From: Nanobdellota archaeon
Lineage (GTDB): Archaea; Nanobdellota; Nanobdellia; PEZQ01
Length of the DNA stretch: 64,000 nucleotides
NCBI GenBank assembly: GCA_018220985.1
Contig: JAAOXS010000003.1
Span: forward strand, 8,367 to 72,366
Direction: 5' to 3'
The position numbers and the translations under genes were made by a program. Below are positions 18,817 to 28,515 of the stretch, piece after piece. Below the pieces are notes generated by a model. That model saw nothing but the letters and a program-made list of their open reading frames with translations. It ran no database searches and had not been told where the DNA came from. Numbering within the stretch: the first letter of the stretch is position 1; each line of letters starts with the position of its first letter.

Positions 18817-19941
18817 TTAAGATTTATTAATTAAAAATTCATTTTTTGCGTTTTTGTATTCTTTTATTATTTTTTTTGCTATTTCTGTTATTTCAAAGTT
18901 TTTTTCAATTATTTTTCTCGCATTTTTGCGTATTTTTGTTGTTGTTGTTTTATCTAATTTAGTTACTTCATCTATAATTTTTTTTAAATCATCAGGATTC
19001 CCACTTTTAAATGTAAATCCTGTAATCCCATTGATTATAGGATAACTGTCAGGATCGTAGTCTGATTTTATTACAATACATTCGCTTGCCATTCCTTCAA
19101 GAACAACTCTTGATATTCCAAATAAATTTATTAAAGGACATACTAGTATGTTTGTTTTTGCATAATATTCAGGTATGTTATTATTATTAATATTTGTTAA
19201 TAGTTTTCCATTAAACACGTTTTTAACTTTATCTTCTTCAGGTCCGTGCCCTATTATTAATGTGTTTTTTAGTTCTTTTGTGGATTTAACAAATAATTGC
19301 CAGCCTTTCCAGTCTTTTGTAAGTCTTCCAATGTAAGTTAAAAATTTTCGCGGTTTTTTTGAATATGGTTTAAACCTTGTTGTATCAACACCATTAGGTA
19401 TAAAAATTGCTTTTTTCGTGTTAAGAAATTTTTCTATTGCTTTATCAACTGCAATAATTTTGGTTACGTAGTTTATATCTTGTTTTTTTAGGAATTCTTT
19501 TTTCCATGATGGAATAGCATGATAATGCATTACTACAGGTGTGTTAAATTTAGTCCAGGGTTGGAAGTGTTTACAATTTTTAAAAAATGTTCCGAATGCA
19601 CGTAGTAGGATTGGTGGCGTCATTGGACCATGAACGTGGATTATAGAATTGTTATCAATGTATTTTTTCAAAGTTTTGTGAAGTGTAAAATCTCTTATAG
19701 TGTTTTTTATGAGTAATAATATTTTGCTATCTTTGTTATAATCTGTTGGTATGCTTATTCTTATTATTTTTGTTTTTTTAAACAATTTTTCTTGTTTTCT
19801 GGTTCCTTTGAGGCGAGTGGTTATTATTATATTTTCAGTTATTGTTGGTTCATTTTCTATTTGTTTTGCTAATTCGTAAAGCGCTGTTTCTCCACCACCC
19901 ATATAAGGATAGAATTGTTTTATCCAATGTATTATTCTCAT
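18817..19941 (-). CDS. GT-B fold glycosyltransferase (family 4 / group 1).
   Basis: 374 aa with a C-terminal EGMA...GITGF motif resembling the GT4 E-x7-E region. Confidence 0.65.
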   Translation of the reverse strand: MRIIHWIKQFYPYMGGGETALYELAKQIENEPTITENIIITTRLKGTRKQEKLFKKTKIIRISIPTDYNKDSKILLLIKNTIRDFTLHKTLKKYIDNNSIIHVHGPMTPPILLRAFGTFFKNCKHFQPWTKFNTPVVMHYHAIPSWKKEFLKKQDINYVTKIIAVDKAIEKFLNTKKAIFIPNGVDTTRFKPYSKKPRKFLTYIGRLTKDWKGWQLFVKSTKELKNTLIIGHGPEEDKVKNVFNGKLLTNINNNNIPEYYAKTNILVCPLINLFGISRVVLEGMASECIVIKSDYDPDSYPIINGITGFTFKSGNPDDLKKIIDEVTKLDKTTTTKIRKNARKIIEKNFEITEIAKKIIKEYKNAKNEFLINKS

Positions 19942-21135
19942 TTATCTTCTTAATTTTTTTGTTAGAATTGCTATTTTTTGAATTAAATGGCTTATAATTT
20001 TTGAAATTGTTTTTGATTTTACCAAGAATTTTAGTTTAGGTAGTTTTGTACTTATTATTAGTATATTATTTAATTTTTCAACATATTTGTTTACTTGTTC
20101 TTTTGTTAAATAGCGAGTTCCACATATTGCAAATTCTTGGTGGCTGAATGTGTCTGTTTCTTTTTTCAAATTTTTATCTATTAAATCATGTTGAACGCAT
20201 TCTTGCCATACATCCGTATTAGGGTATGGCGTAAAATAGTTTACTCTTCCAGTATTGAGGTCTAATTCCAGTATTTTTTTTTTCATTCTTTCATATGTTT
20301 TATGGTTGTCATCAGGGAATCCGAATATGAAGAATCCTCCTGCTCTCACCTTGTATTTTTTAAGGAATTTCAAGGTTTGTTTTATTTTTTTGTAAGTCAT
20401 ATTTTTTCTTATTTTAGCAAGTTCCCTGTCAGAAGCTCTTTCAATACCTATATCAACTTGGTAGCAGTTTGTTTTTTTTAGGGCTTTTATTATTTCTTCA
20501 TCTAAATAATCTGCGCGAGTTGTAATTTCATATTGTACGTTAAAATTGTTTTTTTTGTAATTCTCTGTGAATTCAAGCACTCTTTTCCTGTTTATAGTGA
20601 ATTCAGGGTCTGAAAACGATACTTTTTTGATGTTTTTTGATTCTAAATATTTAATTTCTTCTAAATAATCATTCATATCTTTGTAAATAACCGGGTTTTG
20701 ACTCATTGTTTTAACGCAAAAAGTGCATTTGTTAGGGCAGTAGAGGCTTAAGTAAGTGTCTATAACAGAATATTTTGTCACGTCAATAAGTTCAAACATT
20801 GCTCTTGGAACTTTTTCTTTTAAAAATATTTTTTCTAAAGGGTATAAGTAAGTTTCTTTTTTAATGTTTTCACCTTGGTTTACGAGCATTTCATCAAATA
20901 TTTTTTTATGTTCTTTATAGCATCCTGTGTAAAATATTGTTACAAGTTTATCCGCAGAAGGTATTTTAGCATTAGGGTTTATTTGCAAGTCTACAAAACT
21001 TATTTTGTTTCCTTTATCCGCTTCTTGTTTTGCAAGCATTAGAAGGAATGTTGGTGTTGCTGAGTAATCTATCATTCCAAATACGGTTACGTATTTATTA
21101 CGAATTTTTGGTAAGTTTACGAATAATACATGCAT
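19942..21135 (-). CDS. Radical SAM protein with an N-terminal B12-binding-like domain.
   Basis: CPNKCTFC (CxxxCxxC) about 135 aa from the N-terminus. 397 aa. Embedded in the glycosylation cluster. Confidence 0.6.
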   Translation of the reverse strand: MHVLFVNLPKIRNKYVTVFGMIDYSATPTFLLMLAKQEADKGNKISFVDLQINPNAKIPSADKLVTIFYTGCYKEHKKIFDEMLVNQGENIKKETYLYPLEKIFLKEKVPRAMFELIDVTKYSVIDTYLSLYCPNKCTFCVKTMSQNPVIYKDMNDYLEEIKYLESKNIKKVSFSDPEFTINRKRVLEFTENYKKNNFNVQYEITTRADYLDEEIIKALKKTNCYQVDIGIERASDRELAKIRKNMTYKKIKQTLKFLKKYKVRAGGFFIFGFPDDNHKTYERMKKKILELDLNTGRVNYFTPYPNTDVWQECVQHDLIDKNLKKETDTFSHQEFAICGTRYLTKEQVNKYVEKLNNILIISTKLPKLKFLVKSKTISKIISHLIQKIAILTKKLRR

Positions 21136-21150
21136 AGTAATTTTAAAAAA

Positions 21151-22203
21151 TCACTTGGTTTTTATATTTTGTGAACTTGAATGAGTATGATACATTTTAC
21201 TTTCTAAATTTAGAAAATCTTGTTTTTTAAATATATCTGTTAATTTAGACAGGGCTCCGAATCCGAATGAATATGAGTACAGTACAAAATTTAGGCTTAC
21301 GTAAAGTGTTTCAATAAAGTTCAGGTTTCTTATTTGATAGTATTTTGTTTTGTAAATCATTCTTAAAGCAAATAGGAAGTATAGTAATGGAATTATTAGT
21401 CCTATTGCTAAGAATATTGGGTGAATTAACATCATGAATATAAACGGTATTGACGCTAGTATGAACGCTTTTTTTACGGTGAATGGTGTTTTATTTGATA
21501 TTGCTGTTCTCATGTTTCCTTGACCCCATTTATAAAATTTTTTGAAGTTTTGTATGAATGTTGGAGGTGAGTAATGTTTCACTGTTGTTCCTCCAACTGA
21601 GTAAAACTTAAAATTAGGGTATTTCTTTTTAATTCTTAAAATAACATCCGCATCTTCTCCAGGCATTGATTTGCCTTTAAATCCGTTTACGCTTTTAAGA
21701 ATTCTTTTTTTTATTATTGTGCTTGCAAAACTAGTTGCTGAATAATATCGTGATTTCCTAAAATCTTTTGCAGGTTCATTTGTTGAAGGTACGTACAAAT
21801 ATTTTGAGAATCGTGAAGTTGATTCAATCATGTATCCTACCACTAGTGCGAGTGGATTTTTTGTGATTATTGCTTCTCTCATTTTTTGAACCCAGTTATT
21901 GCTTATTACAGTATCAGAATCTATGTAAGCTAAATATTCACATTTGGATTCCTTCATGCAAATGTTTCTTGAAAGAGCTATGTCTCTGTATTCTGGTTTT
22001 TTAATGAATATTTTGTAGGGTATTCCTGTTTTTTTTAGGATTGTTTCAGTTATTTTAATGGTGTTATCAGTGCTACTATCATCAACTATTATTATTTCAT
22101 CAAATTTTGTTTTCTGGTTTACAACCGCGTTCAAACACTCTTTCCAGTGTTTTTCACTATTTAGTGTTGCGATGCAAGCACAAATGGTTATTTTTGTTTT
22201 CAT
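21151..22203 (-). CDS. GT2-family glycosyltransferase with a C-terminal membrane anchor.
   Basis: IIVDDSSTDNT near the N-terminus, a DSD motif, and C-terminal TM helices. Confidence 0.7.
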   Translation of the reverse strand: MKTKITICACIATLNSEKHWKECLNAVVNQKTKFDEIIIVDDSSTDNTIKITETILKKTGIPYKIFIKKPEYRDIALSRNICMKESKCEYLAYIDSDTVISNNWVQKMREAIITKNPLALVVGYMIESTSRFSKYLYVPSTNEPAKDFRKSRYYSATSFASTIIKKRILKSVNGFKGKSMPGEDADVILRIKKKYPNFKFYSVGGTTVKHYSPPTFIQNFKKFYKWGQGNMRTAISNKTPFTVKKAFILASIPFIFMMLIHPIFLAIGLIIPLLYFLFALRMIYKTKYYQIRNLNFIETLYVSLNFVLYSYSFGFGALSKLTDIFKKQDFLNLESKMYHTHSSSQNIKTK

Positions 22204-22319
22204 GTTGTTTTTATTTGTACGTATATTGTTTTTTAAATGTTTTATGAATTTTTAGAGCATAATTCTGTTTTTTTGAATTCGTGCGTTTTTATCGTAATCA
22301 AATGTGTTTTTTATTCAAT

Positions 22320-22988
22320 TTATATTTTTTTTGTAAATTTTAATAATTTTTTTTTTGTTATTTCATAGCTTAATCGTTTAAGTTTTAGAAATAAATTTAA
22401 TTCATTATTTATTTTTTTATTTCCTTTAAAAAGTTGATATTTCCCTGTTTTTAATGATTTTTTAATATTTTTTTCAGTTAAAATGTATAAATCTATTTTA
22501 TGATTTTTTTTATGAAAATCAATTGCAACTATTGGTTTAGCATTTAGTTTTTTCATTAATTCAATATTTTTCGGGTTTAACACATATTTTCCGTCATAAA
22601 CACGATTCCATATTTCAACAAAGTCAACTTCTTTGATTTTTTCAAAGTTTATTTCCTTGTATTTTGCGGGGTGTGCAAGAATGCTTATTCCTCCTTGTTC
22701 TTTTATTTTCTTAATTGTTTGTTCTGCACTTGTTTGTTTAAAATAATTTTTTATAAAAATTCCAGATATATGATATCCTTCATCAGTGTTGAATTCTATT
22801 CCTGGAATTATTTTTTTGTTTTCTTTTTTGCATTCTTTAACTAAAATATCATATTTGTTGGAATTTAGTGTTTCAGAATGTTCAGTTATTATTATAAAAT
22901 CCATTTCAGGAAATGTTTGAACTATTTCGCTAACATTCATAACTCCATCATAAGAGTGTTTTGTATGTACATGGAAAATACCTTTCAT
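22320..22988 (-). CDS. PHP-domain metal-dependent phosphoesterase.
   Basis: MKGIFHVHTKHSYDG N-terminal PHP His motif. 222 aa. Confidence 0.6.
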   Translation of the reverse strand: MKGIFHVHTKHSYDGVMNVSEIVQTFPEMDFIIITEHSETLNSNKYDILVKECKKENKKIIPGIEFNTDEGYHISGIFIKNYFKQTSAEQTIKKIKEQGGISILAHPAKYKEINFEKIKEVDFVEIWNRVYDGKYVLNPKNIELMKKLNAKPIVAIDFHKKNHKIDLYILTEKNIKKSLKTGKYQLFKGNKKINNELNLFLKLKRLSYEITKKKLLKFTKKI

Positions 22989-23761
22989 ATTCTTTTGATT
23001 AGCTCTCTTGCTCGCGTAGAGTTCATAATTATAAATGGTTCTGCCCAGCCTTTTCCAATTTTTGTTAATCCGTAGTAATTATTCAGTGAGATTATTGCTT
23101 TTGGCATAGGGTCTTTTAAGAGTGTTTTTTTGTACGCTTGCAGCGCGTTCATTTTTACATTTATTTGTTTTGTTATGTCGATTATGTGTGTTGGTAAACT
23201 GATAGGTGTATGAACTCCATAAAACCACGCTTCATAGTTTTCTAAATATGAATTTATTATTAATTGAGTTGTTGCTGAATGGTCTAAGTGATTTTCAAGA
23301 AATGCTGGTAGAATTATTATGTTTGGTTTTATTTCAATTATAATTTTGTTTATTTTTTTCATAGTTTTCTTATCATTTTTTTTGAAAGTTATTTTGGAAT
23401 TTTCTAATTTTACAAAAATTGTTTTGTTTATGCCAATAATTTCACTTGCTTTCAACGCTTCTTTTTCAATTATTTCTGGAGAAGGATATTCCATTTTTTG
23501 AAGTGTTGGCCCGCCACTAGTCATATAAATGCAGGTTATATGGTTCTGTTTTGATAATTTTTTTATTGTTCCTCCACACCCAAATATTTCGTCATCGGGG
23601 TGTGGTGCTACAACAAGAATTTTTTTGTTTTTTATTTTAGAGTCATTAGCGATTATTGAAGATAATAAATTATTCTTATCAGTTACGTATTTAAATTGAG
23701 CTATTACTTTTTTTAAAGTTCTTTTCTTCAAGTAAACGTTATCAATTATTTTTTTTATCAT
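22985..23761 (-). CDS. LmbE/PIG-L family N-acetylglucosaminyl deacetylase.
   Basis: VVAPHPDDEIFGCGGTI signature motif. Confidence 0.8.
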   Translation of the reverse strand: MIKKIIDNVYLKKRTLKKVIAQFKYVTDKNNLLSSIIANDSKIKNKKILVVAPHPDDEIFGCGGTIKKLSKQNHITCIYMTSGGPTLQKMEYPSPEIIEKEALKASEIIGINKTIFVKLENSKITFKKNDKKTMKKINKIIIEIKPNIIILPAFLENHLDHSATTQLIINSYLENYEAWFYGVHTPISLPTHIIDITKQINVKMNALQAYKKTLLKDPMPKAIISLNNYYGLTKIGKGWAEPFIIMNSTRARELIKRI

Positions 23762-24942
23762 TGTAATTTTTTTACTATTTTATGCATTATTAATATTGTA
23801 AATTGCGCGATGAATGGTTTTAAATCTTTTAAATCAAACACGTCTTCGTAAGCGATTGTTGTTATTACGTTTAAGAAAGATTTTAGTCGTGGGGGATATT
23901 TTTCTTTTCTTTTAAAAAATACTTTGTATAAAAATAATAAGTCTCCATAAAGATCTCTTGCTTTAACTTCTTCTTTATAAGTTAAAACAGGTTTAATTTT
24001 TTGGTTTGTTAAAATTTGGTAGTATAAGTAAGGAAAATTAACTCCTGAAAACACCGCTAGTGGCAGTGATCCCCAAAATCTTCCATTTATTTCAAGTAGG
24101 TAGTTTTCTTTTTCATCGCATCTGAATTCCACCATTGCTGGACCATACCAGTCTATTTGTTTTAATAACTTCACACTATCTTTGTCTAATTTTTCATTTA
24201 TTTTCACGCTTTTTCTGCAAACACTTGCTCCACCATCAGGAGGTTCTTCACGTATTCTTTGATGTGCAAATTTTGCAATTATTTGTTTTTTATTTACTAA
24301 ATAAAACATTCCTTTGCCAACACCTTTAATATATTCTTGTATTAAGGGTATTCCATTTATTTTTGAGTATTTTTTGAATTTTGTTTCAAGATCTTTTTCG
24401 TCATAAGCATATTCCCTATAAGCATATTTTGGACCTTTTTTTGTGAAATTCCACGAGTATCTTGATTTAATAACTAATGGGTAATTCCAGTTTTTCGTTG
24501 TTTTTTTTATTTTATTAATGTCTGTTTCATAAATTGTTCTTGGCGTTTTTACATTACATTTTTCTGCTTGTTTTATTGTTTCTAATTTATCAAATGTTTT
24601 CATCCAAATTTTTTGGTCGGGAAGTGCGAGTTTTGTGTTTTTAGGTATTTTATCTTGGATATCGTAAAGTATTTTTATTACAGGTTCTTTTAAAGGTATT
24701 ATCAAGTCGTAATCATTTTTTTTTATTATTTTGATTATGTTTTTTTTAAATTTTTCAGTTTCGGTTAAGTAATTAGGGTAAATTATTTTTTTATTCACGT
24801 ATTTTGAGTAAAATGCAATACTTTTCTTATGGCTTGCTCCAACATCCACTATTATACCTTTTCTTGCGAGTTGTCTTGCGATTAATAGTGTTACTTTGTT
24901 ATCACCATCTGTTATGAATATCTTATTCATGTTTGTAATCAT
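23758..24942 (-). CDS. ATP-grasp domain protein.
   Basis: About 390 aa with an ATP-grasp-like central region (EYIKG, LLEINGRFWGS). The start may be at MNKIF (24930). Confidence 0.55.
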   Translation of the reverse strand: MITNMNKIFITDGDNKVTLLIARQLARKGIIVDVGASHKKSIAFYSKYVNKKIIYPNYLTETEKFKKNIIKIIKKNDYDLIIPLKEPVIKILYDIQDKIPKNTKLALPDQKIWMKTFDKLETIKQAEKCNVKTPRTIYETDINKIKKTTKNWNYPLVIKSRYSWNFTKKGPKYAYREYAYDEKDLETKFKKYSKINGIPLIQEYIKGVGKGMFYLVNKKQIIAKFAHQRIREEPPDGGASVCRKSVKINEKLDKDSVKLLKQIDWYGPAMVEFRCDEKENYLLEINGRFWGSLPLAVFSGVNFPYLYYQILTNQKIKPVLTYKEEVKARDLYGDLLFLYKVFFKRKEKYPPRLKSFLNVITTIAYEDVFDLKDLKPFIAQFTILIMHKIVKKLQ

Positions 24943-25076
24943 TTTTTTTTATTATTTAAGTTTTATGAGCATCACATTTGTATAGAAATTTTTAAAACTT
25001 GTTTGAATATATATTTTAATCTATGAACCATTTATTTTTTTGTAAGTTATTCTTTGATTCAGTAAGGTGGTTCTAG

Positions 25077-25769
25077 TTGATTTCTATTATTGTTCCAACC
25101 TTAAATGAAGCTGAGGTTATTAGTGAATTTATTGAACAAACTTGTAATGTTATGAATCAGTTAAGTAAAAAATATGAATTGTTAGTTGTGGATGATAATT
25201 CGCAGGATAATACTTGGAAAATCGTTAAAAGTATATGTAAAAAAAATAAGTGTGTTCGCGTTTTGAGACGTAAAAATAATTATGGGTTAAGTTTTGCAAT
25301 TGTTGATGGTTTTAGAAAAGCAAAAGGTGATTTTTTTGTGGTTATGGATGCTGATTTGCAGCATCCTCCTAAAATTATTCCTATCATGATTGATAAGTTA
25401 ACTAATTTTGAGTTTGTTGTTTGCTCCCGCAATAGTTATGCTAGCATAAATATGTTCAGGCGTTATATTAGTTATATTATTAATTTTTTTGTTAGAAAGT
25501 TTTTGTGTTTAAAAATTAGAGATCCTATGTCTGGTTTTTTCGCGATTAGAAAGGGCGTGTTTAATAATTCTAAAAAACGTATCAAGCCAAGAGGTTATAA
25601 AATAATGCTTGAATTATTGATTAAATCACAAACTAACAGTGTTTGTGAAATTCCTTTTGTTTTTCAAAAACGTTTTTCTGGTAAAACAAAAGCAAATGTT
25701 ACAGTATTTCTAGATTTATTAGTTCAGTTTGTTGATAATTTTTTGTTTAAGTTTAAATCCTGTTTTTAA
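25077..25769 (+). CDS. GT2 dolichyl-phosphate sugar synthase-like glycosyltransferase (Dpm1/ArnC/AglD-like).
   Basis: ISIIVPTLNE, VVDDNSQDNT and DADLQH motifs. 230 aa. Listed from a TTG start. Confidence 0.75.
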   Translation: MISIIVPTLNEAEVISEFIEQTCNVMNQLSKKYELLVVDDNSQDNTWKIVKSICKKNKCVRVLRRKNNYGLSFAIVDGFRKAKGDFFVVMDADLQHPPKIIPIMIDKLTNFEFVVCSRNSYASINMFRRYISYIINFFVRKFLCLKIRDPMSGFFAIRKGVFNNSKKRIKPRGYKIMLELLIKSQTNSVCEIPFVFQKRFSGKTKANVTVFLDLLVQFVDNFLFKFKSCF

Positions 25770-25827
25770 TAGTTTATGAATATTTAGAACCTATCTTTTT
25801 AATTAGTAATGGTTTAATATTATTTCA

Positions 25828-27252
25828 ATGAGTATAATTCAAAATTTCAAGTATTCTTTAAGTTCTAAATTTATAATTGTTTTTTTAAGTTTTTTTTTGA
25901 ATTTATTAATTGTTAGATTTCTTCCAGTTTCGGATTATGCAATTTATGTTTTAATATTGTCAATTGTCCTTTTCGTTAGCGCATTATCACATTTTGGTTT
26001 TGCGAGTTCGATTCAATTTTTTTTATCTGAAAATAGGTCTAATATTATTAAATCAAAAAAAATTTTTGGAACAGGAGTTTCAGTTATATCAATTTTTATT
26101 ATTATTTACATGTTTGTAATGTTTTTATTATCACCATATCTTTCTAACATGTATGGGATTCCATTGTATTTCTTTATTTTTGCAAGTATTTTTATTCCGA
26201 TAAGATCCATTTTTGGAATTATTATAGCAAGTTTATTGGCTATGAATAAAATTAAAGCGTTAAGCATCACAAACACAATTTATACTCTTTCAAGATTTTC
26301 AGTTATTTTATGCATATTGCTGGGTTTAGGTAGTTTTGGAGCACTTATTGCTGAGTTATTTGTTCATTTGCTTTCAATTTTTATTGGTCTTTTTATTTTA
26401 AGAGAAATCATAAATTTTTCTTTTAATGAGCAAGTTTTTAAAAATCTTTTCTCTTTTTCAAAAAAAGTTGTTTTAGGAGAGTCATTTAATTCTTTTCTTA
26501 GTCCAATTTTTGAATTTGCTTTAGGTTTGTTCAGTCTTAGTTCTCTAGCGTTTTTTGCAGCGCCATTAAAAATAAATCATTTTTTTTTAATTGCTTGGGA
26601 AGTTGTTTACATGGTTTTTTTCCCTATTTTCGTATCTAATCGTCATAATTTAAAAAAAATTAGGAATTACATTTTTTTGATTTTCAGGTTTAGTTTGATA
26701 GTTTTAGGTTTTTGTTTTGTTAATATACTTTTATTTTCGAAGGATATTCTATTTTTTGTTTTAGGTGATAAATATTTAGATTCAAGTAGTATTTTTGTTT
26801 TACAGAGTATAGCTATGATTATTAATTTCTTTTTTAGTTTATTATTAATGCTTTTTATAACCTCAAAAAAGCCTATTTATTCAACTTATTCAATTATTTT
26901 TAAAACAGTTGTTACAATTATTTCATTAATGTTTTTTATACCTGTTTTTTTAGAATTTGGTGCTGCTTTTTCTTTTATTCTTTCAGTTAGTGTTGGTAAT
27001 TTATTAACGTATTATTATTCTAAGAAATTTTTTGGTTGGAAATTTCCATTTCGAACTTTTTTAAAATGTGTTATGTCTGGCTTGCTTGTTTTTGTATTAG
27101 TTAAAATTGTTTTAAGCATGTTTAATTTTGGAGTTCTATCATTGTTTGTTGGAGGATTTGTTTCATTGTCTTATTTTGTCTTCTTATTTTTGTTAAAAGA
27201 GTTCGGAAAATCTGATTTAATTATCTTAAAAAAAATAGTTTTTAATAAGTAA
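25828..27252 (+). CDS. Wzx-like polysaccharide/oligosaccharide flippase (MOP superfamily).
   Basis: 474 aa with about 12-14 TM helices, in a glycosylation context. Confidence 0.6.
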   Translation: MSIIQNFKYSLSSKFIIVFLSFFLNLLIVRFLPVSDYAIYVLILSIVLFVSALSHFGFASSIQFFLSENRSNIIKSKKIFGTGVSVISIFIIIYMFVMFLLSPYLSNMYGIPLYFFIFASIFIPIRSIFGIIIASLLAMNKIKALSITNTIYTLSRFSVILCILLGLGSFGALIAELFVHLLSIFIGLFILREIINFSFNEQVFKNLFSFSKKVVLGESFNSFLSPIFEFALGLFSLSSLAFFAAPLKINHFFLIAWEVVYMVFFPIFVSNRHNLKKIRNYIFLIFRFSLIVLGFCFVNILLFSKDILFFVLGDKYLDSSSIFVLQSIAMIINFFFSLLLMLFITSKKPIYSTYSIIFKTVVTIISLMFFIPVFLEFGAAFSFILSVSVGNLLTYYYSKKFFGWKFPFRTFLKCVMSGLLVFVLVKIVLSMFNFGVLSLFVGGFVSLSYFVFLFLLKEFGKSDLIILKKIVFNK

Positions 27253-27269
27253 ACTATTAATAAAGTATC

Positions 27270-27647
27270 ATGGATAAGTGGTTGATTTTTTTGATTGTTT
27301 CATTTTCAATTTTGCTTAACGCGTTTGGTCAAGTTAGTTTGAAATATGGTATGAATGCGTTCGGTGGCGTGGATTTTACGGATTTAAGAAAAGTGTTTTT
27401 CATGTTTTTCCAACCATTTGTTTTTGTGGGTTTATGTTTGTATGTTGTTAGTACTATTTTCTGGCTTGTTTCATTGTCTAATGCTGATTTAAGTTTTATT
27501 TATCCTTTAAACGCTTTGAGTTTTATTTTAGTTGCTTTTCTTGCAAGAATCGTGTTTAAGGAGTATTTTAGTTTAACAAAATTAGCTGGTTTTTTCTTTG
27601 TTTTTTTAGGTGCGTTCCTTATTGGATCTGGTCGTTTTAAGACTTGA
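27270..27647 (+). CDS. Small 4-TM EamA/SMR-like protein (ArnE/ArnF-like lipid-linked sugar flippase subunit).
   Basis: 125 aa with 4 TM helices and LLNAFGQVSLKYGM similar to the ArnE AGQ..K motif. Confidence 0.45.
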   Translation: MDKWLIFLIVSFSILLNAFGQVSLKYGMNAFGGVDFTDLRKVFFMFFQPFVFVGLCLYVVSTIFWLVSLSNADLSFIYPLNALSFILVAFLARIVFKEYFSLTKLAGFFFVFLGAFLIGSGRFKT

Positions 27648-28515
27648 GTATTGTTTTTTCAATTCCTTGTTTTAAAGTGGTTTTTGGAGTGTAATTGAAT
27701 TCATGTAATAGTTTTGAGTTGTCAAGTATTACTTTTTGCACGTCGCCTTTTCTTTCAGATTCGTAATTTGGTTTAAGTTGGTATTCAAGTAATTCGCTTA
27801 GGATGTTGAATATTTCATTAACGCTTGTCCCTTGTTTTGTTCCAACATTGATTCTTATTTTTTTTCTTGATTCAAGCGCTTTTAAATTCGCTTGTGCTAT
27901 GTCACCTACGTAAATGTAATCGCGTATTTGATTTCCGTCTCCAAATATCGTAACTGGCTGTTTGTTTTTTATTTTTTGCATGAATGTTGGTATTATCATT
28001 CCTTTTGGCGGTTGTCTTGGTCCGTAAACATTGCTGTATCGTAGTATTACGTAGTTTTTAACGAATAATGGTATGTAATATTCACAGGTGAGTTTTGAAA
28101 CGCCGTAAGGGCTTTCGGGTTGTAATTTATGTGTTTCAGTTACTGGAATTGTTTTGGGGTTGCCATAAACAGCGCAGGTTGATGCGTAAACAAAATTTTT
28201 TACGTTGTGTTCTTTGCTTAATCTTAATATATTTAGTGTTCCTATAATATTTGTTTGAGCGTCGTGAGTTGGGTTTTTTACTGAGTTTGGTACGCTTACA
28301 TGTGCAGCCTGATGATTTACCAAGTCTGGTTGTTCTTTTTCAAAGATTTTTTTTAAAGTTTCATAATTCGTAATGTCTGTTTCGTAGTATTTTGCTTTCG
28401 GATTCGTATTTTTTAAATCTTTATCAACTACGATTACTTCGTAGTTTTTTTCTATTAGTAAGTCAACTATGTGTGAGCCTATGAATCCGCTTCCACCAGT
28501 TATTAAGCATTTCAT
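27637..28515 (-). CDS. NAD-dependent nucleotide-sugar epimerase/dehydratase (SDR family).
   Basis: MKCLITGGSGFIGSH Rossmann motif and a YGVSK catalytic YxxxK. Confidence 0.8.
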   Translation of the reverse strand: MKCLITGGSGFIGSHIVDLLIEKNYEVIVVDKDLKNTNPKAKYYETDITNYETLKKIFEKEQPDLVNHQAAHVSVPNSVKNPTHDAQTNIIGTLNILRLSKEHNVKNFVYASTCAVYGNPKTIPVTETHKLQPESPYGVSKLTCEYYIPLFVKNYVILRYSNVYGPRQPPKGMIIPTFMQKIKNKQPVTIFGDGNQIRDYIYVGDIAQANLKALESRKKIRINVGTKQGTSVNEIFNILSELLEYQLKPNYESERKGDVQKVILDNSKLLHEFNYTPKTTLKQGIEKTILKS

